Source: the human T2T-CHM13v2.0 reference genome, Homo sapiens. Taken from it: a DNA stretch of 64,000 bases. Below are positions 12,593 to 27,449 of this stretch, one piece after another. Within the stretch, counting starts at the first letter, position 1; each line of letters starts with the position of its first letter. Location: NCBI RefSeq assembly GCF_009914755.1, contig NC_060938.1; one strand, given 5' to 3'. The translations under genes and the position numbers were made by a program. Under the pieces are notes generated by a model. It searched no databases and was not told the origin of the DNA. It saw nothing but the letters and a program-made list of their open reading frames with translations.

Positions 12593-13879
12593 TAGTAGAG
12601 TTTCTCTTTAACCCAGCAACTTCTTTCATTTCCACCTAGAAGGTGGTTGAATGCTAGATGTTGGAGCAAGCCATTACCAGAGGATAGGAGACAAGGTTTT
12701 TCGAATTATTGTAGATCAAACTGGGAACCCAGCTCTCTTGTCATGTTCAAAGAGCAGTAGCTGTGTTTGGACTTCGGAGTTAGATATTTCTAAGTTCAAA
12801 TCCAAGCTTCACAGGGTGTTCAGATAAAATCTCACAGAATGAAAGAAACATAGGAAGGATTGGAAGGAATTTGACATGTATCAAATCTAACTATCTTCTA
12901 CAATGTTTGAGTAAAGCTCTGATTTTTGAGCATCTCTTTGACCTTGTTTTCTTGAGTAGTTGGGGATGAGTCCAGCTTCAATGTCTCTTGCCTTGAGATC
13001 TTACCTTTGGAGCTTTTTATATCCCTCAGTTCGGGCAAGATAGAACATCCCATTGTCCAGTTATTTTCTAGTCCTGTGGTATCTGTGGAGTTTCCAGAGC
13101 CACACTGGTGCTCGGATGTCTGGAGCATGTTCTCACTGTGGAAATTAACCTCGCTTTAGTTCTAGTTCCTAAGGAAGATAACCAAGAGAACACAGGTGGA
13201 AGAAGCTTGCATCAAGAAGACTACACTCTATCTTGGAGGTGAACTGTTCACTATTACATACATAACTCAGGAAAACTTAGATACCTCTCTTGTTTCTTTT
13301 GGCTTAATGGTGGTAAATAATTTAGGTGTTACTGAGCCCTAGGTTATTCAATTGTTTCTTGTGGTTTCTCTACTCCCATATCTTTGTACATAGTTCCTAT
13401 GCAGAGAAAACTCTCCGCAAATTATCATGTTTTGAGTAGGCTATCTATTGCTTTTTGGAAAATCAGCACCATCCATGTGCCTTAAGAGTGATTTGCACAT
13501 GTACTCAGGGGTACAGGGAAGTGAAGGAGGTCAGTTGGAAGAAATACAAAAACCAAGATCTTCATTAAGAAGAGTTTAAAAATTTTGAAGGAATAGTTGG
13601 ATCTTTTTCTAAGAAAAATCCTTAAGAGATTTGATAATATGAATTTGGATGGGAAATAAGGAGTGTGCTGTGTACCACTGGATTTAGGACATGAGCGCTG
13701 GAGGCCCAGAATGCACACATAACCCTTCTCAGGCAACCCTTGAGGCTGTGGTTTGGATACTGAACCAAGGGTAAAGGCACAGACAAAAGCTGACATTTTG
13801 AGGGATCAGTTTATGAGGTGGAGTAAAACTCTAAGCTGGACTCTGCCAGTACCCTTTTGAAACCCTGTCTTTTTTCCTA

Positions 13880-14200
<321 letters not shown>

Positions 14201-14800
14201 AGAAAATGAGGACGAAACACAGCCTTGGTTGAATGTTCTGCCAGGCAGTGTTCTGTGTGGCTTTTGAGCAAGTGCAAGCACATAGTTTTCCTATTTGTCA
14301 TCTTTCTGAATCTCAAGCAAGTGCTTCCTGCCTGGAAGACATTAGTTCACATATTTGACTCACGTATACTCTGAATTTTAAGTGTATTTTGACTCTGCCT
14401 CTACAGTGGTTACCACATGCTTATCCATTATTTATTATTGAGTTTTATATGCATTTGTACTTTTCAACTGACCCATATCCAGCCATTGGTCATACATGAG
14501 CTTTCCCTTGGCTCTGTTCTCCTGGGCCAATTCTGGGCATGGACTTTTAAACTCACCTTCCCATTTTGACCCAGCCATTCCTCAGTTATCCCCTCAGCTG
14601 AAACTTGATTTCTGTGAATGCACTTAGTCACTGAGTGTGGGGAGGGAGGTGACTTGAAAAGCAGGTGCTACATCTCATAATTAAATTATGTAATCCTGGT
14701 ACTTCAGAATCTCCTGGTCTCTGTTGTTACATTTCCTTATGAACTTCTGAGGGGATTAGGAAGTACTTCAGAACTTCCTTTCCTAGTAGGCATATGTTTC

Positions 14801-15099
14801 TTTTTTTTTTTTTTTTTTGAGATGGAGTCTTGCTCTGTTGCCCAGACTGGAGTGCAGTGGTGCGATCTCGGCTCACTGCAAGCTCTGCCTCCTGGGTTCC
14901 CGCCATTCTCCTACCTCAGCCTCCTGAGTAGCTGGGACTACAGGCACCTGCCACCACGCCTGGCTAATTTTTTGTAGTTTTAGTAGAGACGGGGTTTCAC
15001 CGTGTTAGCCAGGATGGTCTCGATCTCCTGACCTCGTGATATGCCCACCTTGGCCTCCCAAAGTGCTGGGATTACAGGGGTGAGCCACTGCACCTGGCC
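14801..15099 (-). mobile_element. AluY SINE
   Basis: Poly-T plus AluY diagnostics; GTAGGCATA on both flanks. Confidence 0.93.
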
Positions 15100-15374
15100 A
15101 GGTAGGCATACCTTTAAATAATACTACTGATTAAGAGAGGCCTGTGCATGTTTTGTGGCTAATAAGTAGGCAGAACTAGAATAAATAAGATTTACACTTA
15201 CTGGTCTAGACAACTTACCTTGGGAATTGCAACCTAGGTTTGGGGACTTGACCTTCCAAGTCTGTGGACTGACTTGCAAACTAACCATACTTTTCGGCTT
15301 GCTAACCAAGTCTTGATCTGGAAAGTAAGATCTCCCCGAGGACTGTCAGATCTACTTGGGCAATACTTTTCAGT

Positions 15375-15522
15375 CTGCATTAGAATCACATTTTAAAATT
15401 CCCTATGCTTAGGTCCCATCCCAGGTCAATTTAATCAGAATTTCTGGTGATGGAGCCAGAACTATTTAAATAAAAGTCTCCCAAGTGATTCTAAATGAAA
15501 CAAAGTTGGAAAACTACAGTCT
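15375..15522. mobile_element. MER5-like hAT-Charlie fragment
   Basis: GCATTAGAATCAC...AATCAGAATTTCTG...GTGATTCTAAATG...AAGTTGGAAAACTAC. Confidence 0.55.
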
Positions 15523-15975
15523 CAAAAGATAAATTGGACTAAACCTCTAGAGTTGAAAACTCACCCAAATTTATTGTACAAGGGTCAAAAAGTGGCTGAG
15601 TGCCCCATCTGGGATGGTGAGGCAGATGAGGGGTTGCTGGTTACTAATATTGGCATTCCTTCCTTTCATTGTGAGTTGCTCTTATAACTTGCACCTGCTG
15701 CTCTCTAGCAACATGAGCCTGAGGTCCAATGTTAAACTGAGGCATGTGACACCTGTGCTCAGATCAGTGGGCACCCAGGGACCATTAAAGACTTTTCTTT
15801 CTTACACTCTTTGCCTTTGTGTTCCTTGGAGAAGAACTTCAAAAGAGCAAGCCCTTCCTCAGGGCCATCATGGTCATCTAAGGTTTAGTACACATTTTAG
15901 TAATGACACATTAAAGATAACTTAAATATACATTTTTTGAGGGATAAATATCAACATGAGGAATAGAGGACTCTT

Positions 15976-16108
15976 GGCCAGGTGCGGTGGCTCATACCTG
16001 TAATCCCAGCGCTTTGGGAGGCTGAGGCAGGAGGATTGCTATGGGTTCAAGATCAGCCTGTGCCAATAGTGAGATTCCTATCTCTACTAAAAAAAAAAAA
16101 AAAAAAGA
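15976..16108 (+). mobile_element. Alu monomer (FLAM-like)
   Basis: Left arm only, followed by poly-A. Confidence 0.8.
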
Positions 16109-16570
16109 ACAGAAGGCTCTTAATTACCTGTCCAAGCTCTTCAGACAATCAAGACCAGTCCTTGTGGAGATTAAAAATTTCAGAAACTAAAAGTTTGTTA
16201 TAGCTTGGTCATTGCTCTCATGAAGCAGCATAACTTGGTCCTCCTAGTGCTCTGTGAATGTGAAAATGAAAAGTCTCTTTGTCTGTGCTTCTGTTGCTGT
16301 TGCTGACGTACTCTCCACTTGTCTGGTTTATTGATAATTCACTCTCCAGTATTACACTCCATCCTCTGGAGGGAATGATGGATCCCTTCATCACAAAATG
16401 TTTTCTGTATTTGCACTCTTCTATGATTCCCTGCTCATCCCTTAAGACAAACCCTTCTTTAAGTCCCGGATGATAACAAGAGTGATGATTGCAGCACTCT
16501 GTATTTATTAAGTGTCTACCATGTTTCAGAAACTTCACATTAGTTATCTTATTCAATGCTCTTAATACCT

Positions 16571-17190
16571 TGTATTGGTCCATTTTCATAGTGCTATAAG
16601 GAACTAGCTGAGACTGTATAATTTATGAAGAAAAGAGGTTTAATTAATTCATAGTTCCACAGGCTTAACAGGAAGCATGACTGGGAGGCCTCAGGAAACT
16701 TACAATCATGGTGGAAGGTGAAGGGGAATGACACATGTCTTACCATGGTGGAGCAGGAGAGAGAGACAGTGAAGGGGGAAGTGCCACACACTTTTAAACC
16801 ATCAGATCTCATTAGTATCAGTTAGTATCAGTCAGTTTTCACACTGCTACACTTACTACCTAAGACTGTGCAATTTATGAAGAAAAGAGGTGTAACTGAC
16901 TCACAGTTCCACAAGCTTAACAAGAAGCATGACTGGGAGGCCTCAAGAAACTTACAATCATGGCGGAAGGTGAAGGGGAAGCAACACATCTTACCATGGT
17001 GGAGCAGGAGAGAGAGAGCCAAGAGGGAATGCCACAAGCTTTTAAACCATCAGATCTCATGAGAACTCACACACTATCACAAGAACAGCAAGGGGGAAAT
17101 CTGCCTTCATGATTCACTCGCCTCCCACCAGGCCCCTCCTCCAGTTTGACATGAGATTTGGCCAGAGACGCAAATGCAAACCATATTATG
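16571..17190. mobile_element. MSTA-type MaLR LTR with tandem partial duplication, inserted in a MIR
   Basis: Two copies of AATTTATGAAGAAAAGAGG...GCATGACTGGGAGGCCTCA...CAGATCTCAT; MIR-like sequence on both sides (about 16470-16570 and 17190-17340). Confidence 0.85.
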
Positions 17191-17974
17191 TCTCCTTTGA
17201 AGTAAGTCTTATTGCCCTTATTATATATGTAAAGTAATCAAGGTTTAGAAAGGATAGTTAATTTTCCCAAGGACACATAGCTGGTTGATGGCGGAACCAA
17301 GATTCTTCTAACAGACTCTAAAAGTTGTACTCTTTCCTTTTCATACCAATATATTTTTAAAAATGGGTAGATATGCTGAAAGTTTATCAGGTTTTATCAT
17401 TAAAACCTGGGGTCACTGAAGTAAAGCTATCTTTCACTAACTATCTGTAAATTGATAGTCAACTATCCTGGGAAGTTAAGTGACCCGCCACCCTTAATAT
17501 TTAGCATGAATCAATTTAATTAGTTCCTTTAGTTTCTTCAGACAAATGGAAGTTATCTTAAAGGGGATGGAATAAAGGAAGAAAGAAGCAGTTGTGCAAA
17601 AGGAGGTGGAAATAGGTCTCAGAAAGGATGCTGTTGAAATGAAGGGGCCCACTTTTTTTTAAATGAAATTGCTTTTTAATTCAGTTAAGAGAATAAAAGA
17701 GATGAAATATGCAGTTATATTTTCTTTTATCCTTACCTACATAATTACCTTTACCAGCACTTTTTTTGTGTGTGTGCATAGATTCAAACGGTATTGTGTG
17801 GTGTCACTTGCTTTCTGCCTGAAGAACTTCCTTTATTATTTCTTGTAAAGCAATCTTCTACTAACAAATTTTTCCCTGCTTTTGTTTATCTTGAATGTCT
17901 TTATTTAGCCTTTATTTAAAACTAGCCTATTTTTTCCAGAGATTTAAAAGCTCACTTTATATTTGCTTTCTTTA

Positions 17975-18815
17975 ACCTTTTATTTTAGGTTTGGGGGTAC
18001 ATGTGCAGGTTTGTTACATAGGTAAACTCGTATAACAGGGGTTTGTTGTACACATTATTTCATCACCCAGGTTAAGGCCAGTACCCAATAGTTATCTTTT
18101 CTGCTCCTCTCCCTCCCTCCACTCTCCACCCTCAAGTAGACCCTAGTGTCTAGTGTCTGTTGTTCCCTTCTTTGTGTTCATGAGTTCTCATCATTTAGCT
18201 CCCACTTATAAGTAAGAACATACGATATTTGGTTTTCCGTTCCTGGTTCCTCCAGCATGGATGGAGCTGGAGGCTATTATCCTTAGCAAACTAACCCAGG
18301 AACAGAAACATACATCTCATTCTTTTTTATGGCTGCATAGTATTCCATGGTGTTTATGTCCCACATTTTCTTTATCCAATCTGTCATTGATAGGCATTTT
18401 GGTTGATTCTATGTCTTTGCTATTGTGAATAGTGCTGCAATCAATGCACATTCGCTTGCATGTGTCTTTATGGTAGAATGATTTGTATTCCTCTGGGTAT
18501 ATGCCCAGTAATGGGATTGCTATTAAATGTAAACAGTAATTCTTCCTTTAGCTCTTTGAAGGATCGCCATACTGCTTTCCACAATGGTTGAATTAATTTA
18601 CACTCCCACCAAGAGTGTATGTGTTCCCTTTTCTCCATAACCTCACCAACATCTATTATTTTTTGCCTTTTTCATAATAGCCATACTGGCTCAAGTGAGA
18701 TGGTATCTCATTTTGGTTTTGATTTGCATTTCTTTAACGATCAGTGATACTGAGCTTTTTTTTGTTTGCTTGTTGGATGCATGTGTGTCTTCTTTTGAAA
18801 AGTGTCTGTTCATGT
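17975..18815 (-). mobile_element. Old L1PA 3' end with internal micro-inversion
   Basis: GGGGTACATGTGCAGGTTTGTTACATAGGTAAAC 3' UTR; ORF2-end sequence GTGAGATGGTATCTCATT. Confidence 0.88.
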
Positions 18816-19734
18816 GGGATCCAGGTTTCATACAGCAAACAGAAGCAAGCACAGGTGCAGCCTCATGTTTGTTTACATTGATTCAGAGTTTGAGCTGGTT
18901 TCACTGGTTTGACTCACAGTTTTCTTTGTTGAGGCTAGGTGAGTTCCTGCTAACAACTCTGTACCACACACACACAAATCACTCAGTATCACTCAAGATT
19001 AGTTCTGTTTTAATGATGAACTTAGCATTCATACATGCAATCCTAAGAGTAGTTATAGTTTGTGGATCAACTCACATATGACCTTAAGATCTCATGTCTT
19101 CTGACAAGAGCAATATGGCACATTGGCTTAAGTGCCGCATAGAAGACTTGCTAGACCAATCACTGTCTTCTAGATTCTATTAGAAATGCTATTTTTTAAA
19201 TGTCCAGTTGGAAATTTTCAATGGCTTGTTTCAAGATTAACAAATTATTGTGGACTCTGTACTGCCTTGCTTGTCGTCTCATACTATGTGTAACATGTAT
19301 TATATGTATGCATAACATATAATATCCTTCCTGATATTATGGTGTTTCTGTATAGCACAGTGTGATTCTTATATCCACATTAATATATTTTTACCTTTAC
19401 GAATTTTGAATCTTTCCATGCATTTGTTTAAATTTTACTGTTAAAATGGGCCAACATGATACCACACATCCAAAGAAGTGAAAAATATGCCAGCGAATGA
19501 AAGAATACATTTACCTTGTTTTTGGTTATTCACCAAGGAACTGTCCATGCTTGCTTTTAGGTTGCCATGTAGTTGAATCTTCTGTCTTCAGTTTCCCTTA
19601 AATGTTCTCTTTTTTTTTTTTTTCTTTTTTCAGGTGAGACCAGGACAGGTAATGGGCAGAACTGACAATAATTTCTTCAGTTTAAGATACATTTCAAGAG
19701 ACTTTTGCAGTGCGGTTTAAATTCAGCAACAAAT

Positions 19735-20131
<397 letters not shown>

Positions 20132-20168
20132 TCACAATCCATTTGAAGTGGAAAGAGAGATAAATTCC

Positions 20169-20478
<310 letters not shown>

Positions 20479-21513
20479 TAGGAGATAAATTCTTGACTGT
20501 AATACGTGACAGACTGGGGCAAGGTCTATACTAAAGAAGCCATGGCAATACCAGGGAAGAGGAGTTAAGTCCTGCCTGGGAAAAACAGATGAGGAAGTAT
20601 TTAATATGGATCTGAAGGAAGCATAAATTGTCACTTGGTCAATATGGAGAGGGAGGACTTATATTCCAGGCAGAGAAGAGAGCTTGAGCAAAAGAGTACA
20701 GGCAAGTATAGAGCATGCTCACGGAACGGCAATAAATCAGTGAGGGTGGGAGAGGGAAGCGGAGGAAATGGCTTAAGAGAACATGTATGTGAAGCCAAGA
20801 TTGCATTGGATTTTGAATTCCAGATTAAGGAGCCTGGCCTTATTCATTCTACCTTCACCGAAGAGTCCTACAGATTCTGTGTTTCAGAGGGTAATTTTGA
20901 TTGTGGTCTAGATGAGGAAGAACTAGTCAGGAATTAAGAGAGACAGTCTACACTGAATCAGTTTGAGCTGGTTTCATAGTTTTGAGGAGACAGAATCTGA
21001 TGTGTTAGCACATCACGAGGGTGAGGGACAGGAAGAAAACACAAATAATCCAGAATTTTCAAGTTCAAGTGCTTGGAAATATTCATGCCATGCACAAGCA
21101 AAGAAATGGAATTTAGAGGGGTCTAGGATTAGGAGCAAAGACAATGAAACAAGGGGTTATGGAGCCCCCTTTTTACTCTTTTCAAATTTTCTGGCATGAT
21201 ATACTTTCTAAGACATTGACACATTCTCATCTTATTCAACCTTTGGTAAGGCATTTTCTCATCTCACAAGATAGAGGTGATAGAAATAATGTATCCATTT
21301 ATTTCTAAAAGATTATGTAAAACAACCTGAACCAGTTTAATTAGGGGAAAAGATTTTGGGTCGAAATAATTCAGAATTTTCTGCCAAAGAAAGTGAAAAT
21401 AAATTCACTTTAAATCCTTAGCAGTTTATTGGGCATTTGTCACATGCAGCAGTAGCTGAAGAGAGTGGCAGTGATAATGATGCAGATGTAGTTACTTATT
21501 TTCATTCAGTCCT

Positions 21514-22446
21514 TCAACCTGCTGTTATCCTCTTCAGGGCAGACTTCACTTCCTGGTTCCTCAGTGTATAGATGAGGGGGTTCAGTAATGGAGTGACAAC
21601 AGTGTAAAACACAGCCGCTGCCCCATCCAGGGGGTCTTTGGAGCCAGCCCTAAGGTAGATGAAAATACAGGGGACATAGTAGACTGTGACCACGATTAGG
21701 TGGGAGCCACAGGTGGAGAAGGCCCGGCGCCTCCCATCAGCGGTGCGTATCTTCAGGATGGCATGGACTATGTTGGCATAGGAGAGCAGAATTAACATGA
21801 AGCAACTGGCGGCCACTACCCTGACGTCCACAAAGGTCACAAGCTCATTGACAGTTGTGTCAGCACAGGCCAGTCTCAATACTGCGCGGATGTCACAGAT
21901 AAAGTAATCCACCTGATTGGGCCCACAGTAGGGCAGGCGGAAGGTCAAGGTGGCCTGGATAGACCCATGCATGGAGCCGGCGACCCAAGCTCCAGCCACA
22001 AGGACTGTGCATAACCTCCCATTCATGAGCACTGGGTAGTGCAGGGGCTGACATATTGCTAGGTACCTGTCATAGGCCATCAAGGTGTAGAGGAAGCACT
22101 GGGTGCTGCCCAGGAAGTGAAAGAAATACAGTTGAGCCACACAGCCACCAAACGGGATAGCCTTGATGGAAGGAGTAAAATCCAAAATAAGCCGAGGAAC
22201 GGTGACTGAGGAGAGCCACATGTCCAGGAATGAGAGCACTCCCAGAAGAATGTACATGGGGCGAGCACAGAGCTTCGGGTCAGCCCACATGGTGAGCAGA
22301 ATGAGCAGGTTCCCCAGCTGAGTGAGGATGTAAATGATGAAGAAGACCAGGAAGAGGAGGCTTCTTAGATTTGGGGGGTGAGACAAACCCAGAAGAATGA
22401 AATCTGTCACCACGGCATCCAGCGATGTGTTTTTGGTCTTTCCCAT
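21514..22446 (-). CDS. OR10G2: Olfactory receptor 10G2, 310 aa, intact single coding exon
   Basis: ATG at 22446 (MGKTKNTSLD...); motifs GNLLI, PMY, MAYDRYLAIC, AFSTCGSH, PLLNPLIYTLRN; N-glycosylation site NTS; acceptor TTAGCAG just upstream (AG at 22461-22460). Confidence 0.95.
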   Translation of the reverse strand: MGKTKNTSLDAVVTDFILLGLSHPPNLRSLLFLVFFIIYILTQLGNLLILLTMWADPKLCARPMYILLGVLSFLDMWLSSVTVPRLILDFTPSIKAIPFGGCVAQLYFFHFLGSTQCFLYTLMAYDRYLAICQPLHYPVLMNGRLCTVLVAGAWVAGSMHGSIQATLTFRLPYCGPNQVDYFICDIRAVLRLACADTTVNELVTFVDVRVVAASCFMLILLSYANIVHAILKIRTADGRRRAFSTCGSHLIVVTVYYVPCIFIYLRAGSKDPLDGAAAVFYTVVTPLLNPLIYTLRNQEVKSALKRITAG

Positions 22447-24182
22447 GTCTTTTTGTAGTCTGCTAAGATGAATGGTGACGTTTGACAAGAGAAACACAGC
22501 ACAATGATGTTGTAAGTGAATGCTTTTGTCGGATGATTGATGCCTAGGAATTATGAGATAAACAAGATAGAGTCAAATTGTTTTTTAAAAGAGGAGGTGG
22601 TGTCACCATTAGTTATTTAGGTTTACTTAAAAGGAGAAGTCCTCCAGAGGCTGGTTAGTTTCCTAGATGGGAGGAAACTCTTGTCCATTGAGAGATACTG
22701 AAAGCCAGGATTTGCCAGATGAAGGAAGAGGGACACATGAGAGTGATAGAGAAGTACCGAAAATTCCAACCAAAAAGTGAGTTCGCCAAGGAGGGGCTAA
22801 AGTTGATGCAGAGCAGTGTGGAACAAACACCCTATAATGACCACATCTACTTTTTCTTCACCTACTATCATTGTCCCCTTTTTCCTCAGCTAAAATCTCA
22901 TCTCCTTAACATAGCATGCAAAAATATTCCTCATCTGGCCCTTATTTATATCGCTATTGTACCACTTGTAATTCCTTCTTATTGTTGGGAGGCATGACAC
23001 TCTTCAAGCTTCTCACAGTAGTGTGCTCTAACTTGGGACTTACGCACACACTATCTTTTCTGCTCCCTTCACATAGGTAGTGCCCACTTTTCCTTCAGGA
23101 TTCAGTTCGAGTGTCTTCACCTTCAAGAAGGCTTTCCGGATCCCTGAGGACAATGCTTATACTTTTCTGAGCACGTACATTATGTTGCATTGTCTAATTT
23201 CTGTTTTTCTCTCTTAATAATCATCCTGTCTAGCATGCTAAAAGTGATAAATACCGTAATTATTTTCTGAATGACTGAGATAGATAGAATGGATGTTGCC
23301 AAATCCCCCTGACTGAATACATTGTTTCTCTTGATCTTTTTTGTCTGACCCCTGTGCTCACATGGCTGGGACTTTTAGGTCAAGGGACCACCTCATTCAC
23401 CATGTAATATGGGTATAATTTCATTATAAAAAACTCCAAGAAACATTTATGCCTGTTTTTGCTCCAGGATATCATTTAGATTTATTTGTTGATTTATATG
23501 GTTCATTGGTTTGGGATTGGGTTTTTTTTTTGGTATGAGGTCACAGAGGAATTTTTATTGTTTGTTATAAAATCATTGATTAATGCAGGACTTGATCTTT
23601 AGTGTGCTTGTGTGTAATATCTATGTATTGCAGTCTATCAAACAGCAACTCTCTCTAAAGACATTTACAGATTTTCAAGTATCTGAACAAGATGATAAAA
23701 TAGAGGGATGGAATGTGTTTGTTTCACTCTTTTTGTTAAATAGGTTGCTTGATAAAGACTTTTCGCTCTATATATGGTTTGAGATGCATTTATCTTTCAT
23801 TTAACTACAAAATATCTTTGTAATGCAAATGACTACTTTCATAAAGCAATTAAAATGACAATAGATTATTATAAATAACATGTGAATATTAATAAGTTTA
23901 ACTAATCTCTATCGGAAATTCTCCAAAGAGATTTTATCTTAAGTATTCTGTGAAATAACTTAATTCATATGTTAACATTCAAGAGTTATTAGTAGTAATA
24001 ATAATAATACTGAATATATCTGGCTCTTCGAAGTCTGGAAAATGTTAAACTTGTCCTTTGCCCACCAAGAACGAAGAAATATCAGATTTTTATTGCCTGA
24101 GTTTCAGGAGGACACTTTGATTTATTTGAAAATGGATGGGAAAACTAAATCTTATTTTTGTGGTTAGAATATAGAGAAAAGA

Positions 24183-24923
<741 letters not shown>

Positions 24924-24954
24924 TACTTATTATGAGCTAAAAGTAATTTTCTTT

Positions 24955-25250
<296 letters not shown>

Positions 25251-25814
25251 TGAGCTAAAGTAATTTTCTTTGCCAATACAGGAATATAAACTAGTAGGCT
25301 TCTACTTAGGCAAATAATATATTCATGAAATGTTTTATGAAAATCCATTTTTATATTTAAAATCAGATAGAACTGTACCACTGGGGCAATTATTTGAAGG
25401 ACTTCCATGATGCATACTTTCGTATAGTGAAAAGTTTATCCCTAATTTATCTACTTTGCCGGTCTGATTTTCCCCCTTTTGTTGTGCCTAAGTCTGGTTT
25501 CATTTCTCCCAGCCTCCCTGTTGAAAGAAAGCTCTTTTTACCCCTCTAGGTTCTGGGTTCCCTGCCTGGGAGGAGGCAGGAAACTGAGATGGGTTATAGC
25601 TGGTCGGTTTGAGGACAGGATACCTTTCCAGGCAGACTTGGTAAAGAACAGTGGTTTTAGCTTGGTGTTTGGTATTCAGAGGCTGCAGAGGAAGATAGCT
25701 TAGACTTCCAGAAGGTAGATTTTTGGAGAAACAAAGAGTGTGTTTACAGAAGGATTGGCTTTCTTGGCAAGAGAGGTGAACAGTCTGGGACCACCTTAGA
25801 GGAGACAAAAGAAA

Positions 25815-26112
25815 GGCCGGGCATGGTGGCTCATGCCTGTAATCCCAGCACTTTGGGAGGATGAGGCTGGAGAATCGCTTGGGCCCAGAAGTTTGAGACC
25901 AGCCTAGGCAACATAGTGGGACCCTGTCTGTAAAAAAAATTTTAAAAATTAGCCAGGTATAATGGTGGGCACCTGTAGTCCTAATTTCTCAGGAGGCTGA
26001 GACAGGAGGATCACTGGAGCCTGGAAGGTCAAGGCTGCAGTGAGCCATGATGGTGCCACTGTACTCCTTCCTGGGTGACAGGTTGAGACCTTGTCTAAAA
26101 AAAAAAAAAAAA
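25815..26112 (+). mobile_element. AluJ SINE
   Basis: AluJ diagnostics (GGCAACATAGTG, GTCAAGGCTGCAGTGAGCCATGAT). Confidence 0.9.
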
Positions 26113-27449
26113 AGACAAATGTAGAGGCCGTATTTGTGTATCCTCTTTTCCCCCTCCCTTATCTTCCAGATTTGTGTCATTTTATTTTAGGTCTGTTCCT
26201 CTTTTTTAGCTTTTGAAACTTATGATATTTAAGATAAGGAAAGTTAAATACAATTTTAGTATATCTACCCTAGCTAATTAGATAACCAAAATATTCTAAA
26301 ATTCCCCAAGTTTTAGACTGTATTGGATATTCTCCAATTGGATAGGTCAGAATTTAAATAATCAAAACACATGAAAATAACAAAAAGTTAAAGTTCAATA
26401 TAAAAAGCATCTGAAAATAAGAGCCCAGTGACATCAGAGAATAAACAGCATATTTTTACAAAGCAATTATCCTGGAAACTCTAAGAAGAGACTTTGGGAA
26501 TGGGGTGAAAGAGTAGCACTGAGAAGGTAAGGACAGGGAGGGTCAAGAACACCTTCAAGGGACCTCTATGGCATTATGGGATCACAGGATAAGCTGCTTT
26601 CTATGCCCCTACTCTGCCCCAAATCAAGCTAGTTTGATATGTGAACACATTTCTTGCAGTGTATTTAGAGAGGTGCCGAGGAGGGCAAGCCTCTATCCAG
26701 CAATTTGAAACTAGATTTCTACAGTGACCTTTGGGATCTGGACTACTATGCAACGGTTATGAAATCTTGAAGATGAGGAGTGAAGGCTGGTCCAGCATTG
26801 CGTTGGACACATTATGATCAAAGGACTCCTGTTTACCCTTGTGACAAAACTCAACCCAATCTGCTTCCAAAAAGAAGTTTCACCTTCTGTCATCCTTTAT
26901 TCAGAGTTAGACATCCTGGTAGAGCTAGGGCAGAGTAGAGGAAATGGATAGAATTTGAGGTGGCCTAGACATATTTTATCGAATTCACAAGAGTACATTC
27001 TTTCCTATTACCGGGGGTTAAAAAAAACGAACTTGCTTTAGAAAAAGTACTTAGTGCCCTCTTCATTGGAGAAGGGGAAGGTTATGAATCCAGCCTTTCT
27101 TTGTGTTTGCACAATCACTGAAGAATATTCTTCAAGACCCCTATGACTTTATCACTGCCCAACTCTGCCCTTTATCACTGCCCTAATAAAAAGAGAATAT
27201 GAAAAGAAAATAGTGTTGTAATGCTTTTTTTTGAGTCATTTTCTCAACACAAAAAGAGTTTCCCCAAGTTTGAAAACAAGGAACTTAATTCTAGCCCGTT
27301 TGGGAAAGAGTTGAGGAAACGCATGGAGAAAAGAGACGGATTAAATTAACACTCGGACAAAATAACAGAAAGTCTTAAAGTTCCAAAATTAGTCTGCAGC
27401 CTTATTTTGAACATAGCTGGTGTCAGGCCTGCTTTTTCCATCCTTTTAG

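Noticed and set aside
12898-13128. 76-aa minus-strand ORF in unique sequence; also ORFs at 182-492
   Set aside because: No recognisable homology, motif or exon structure; length consistent with chance
22447-22497. 17-aa N-terminal extension of OR10G2 in the ORF track
   Set aside because: It begins at a non-ATG codon and crosses a splice acceptor; the real start is the ATG at 22446
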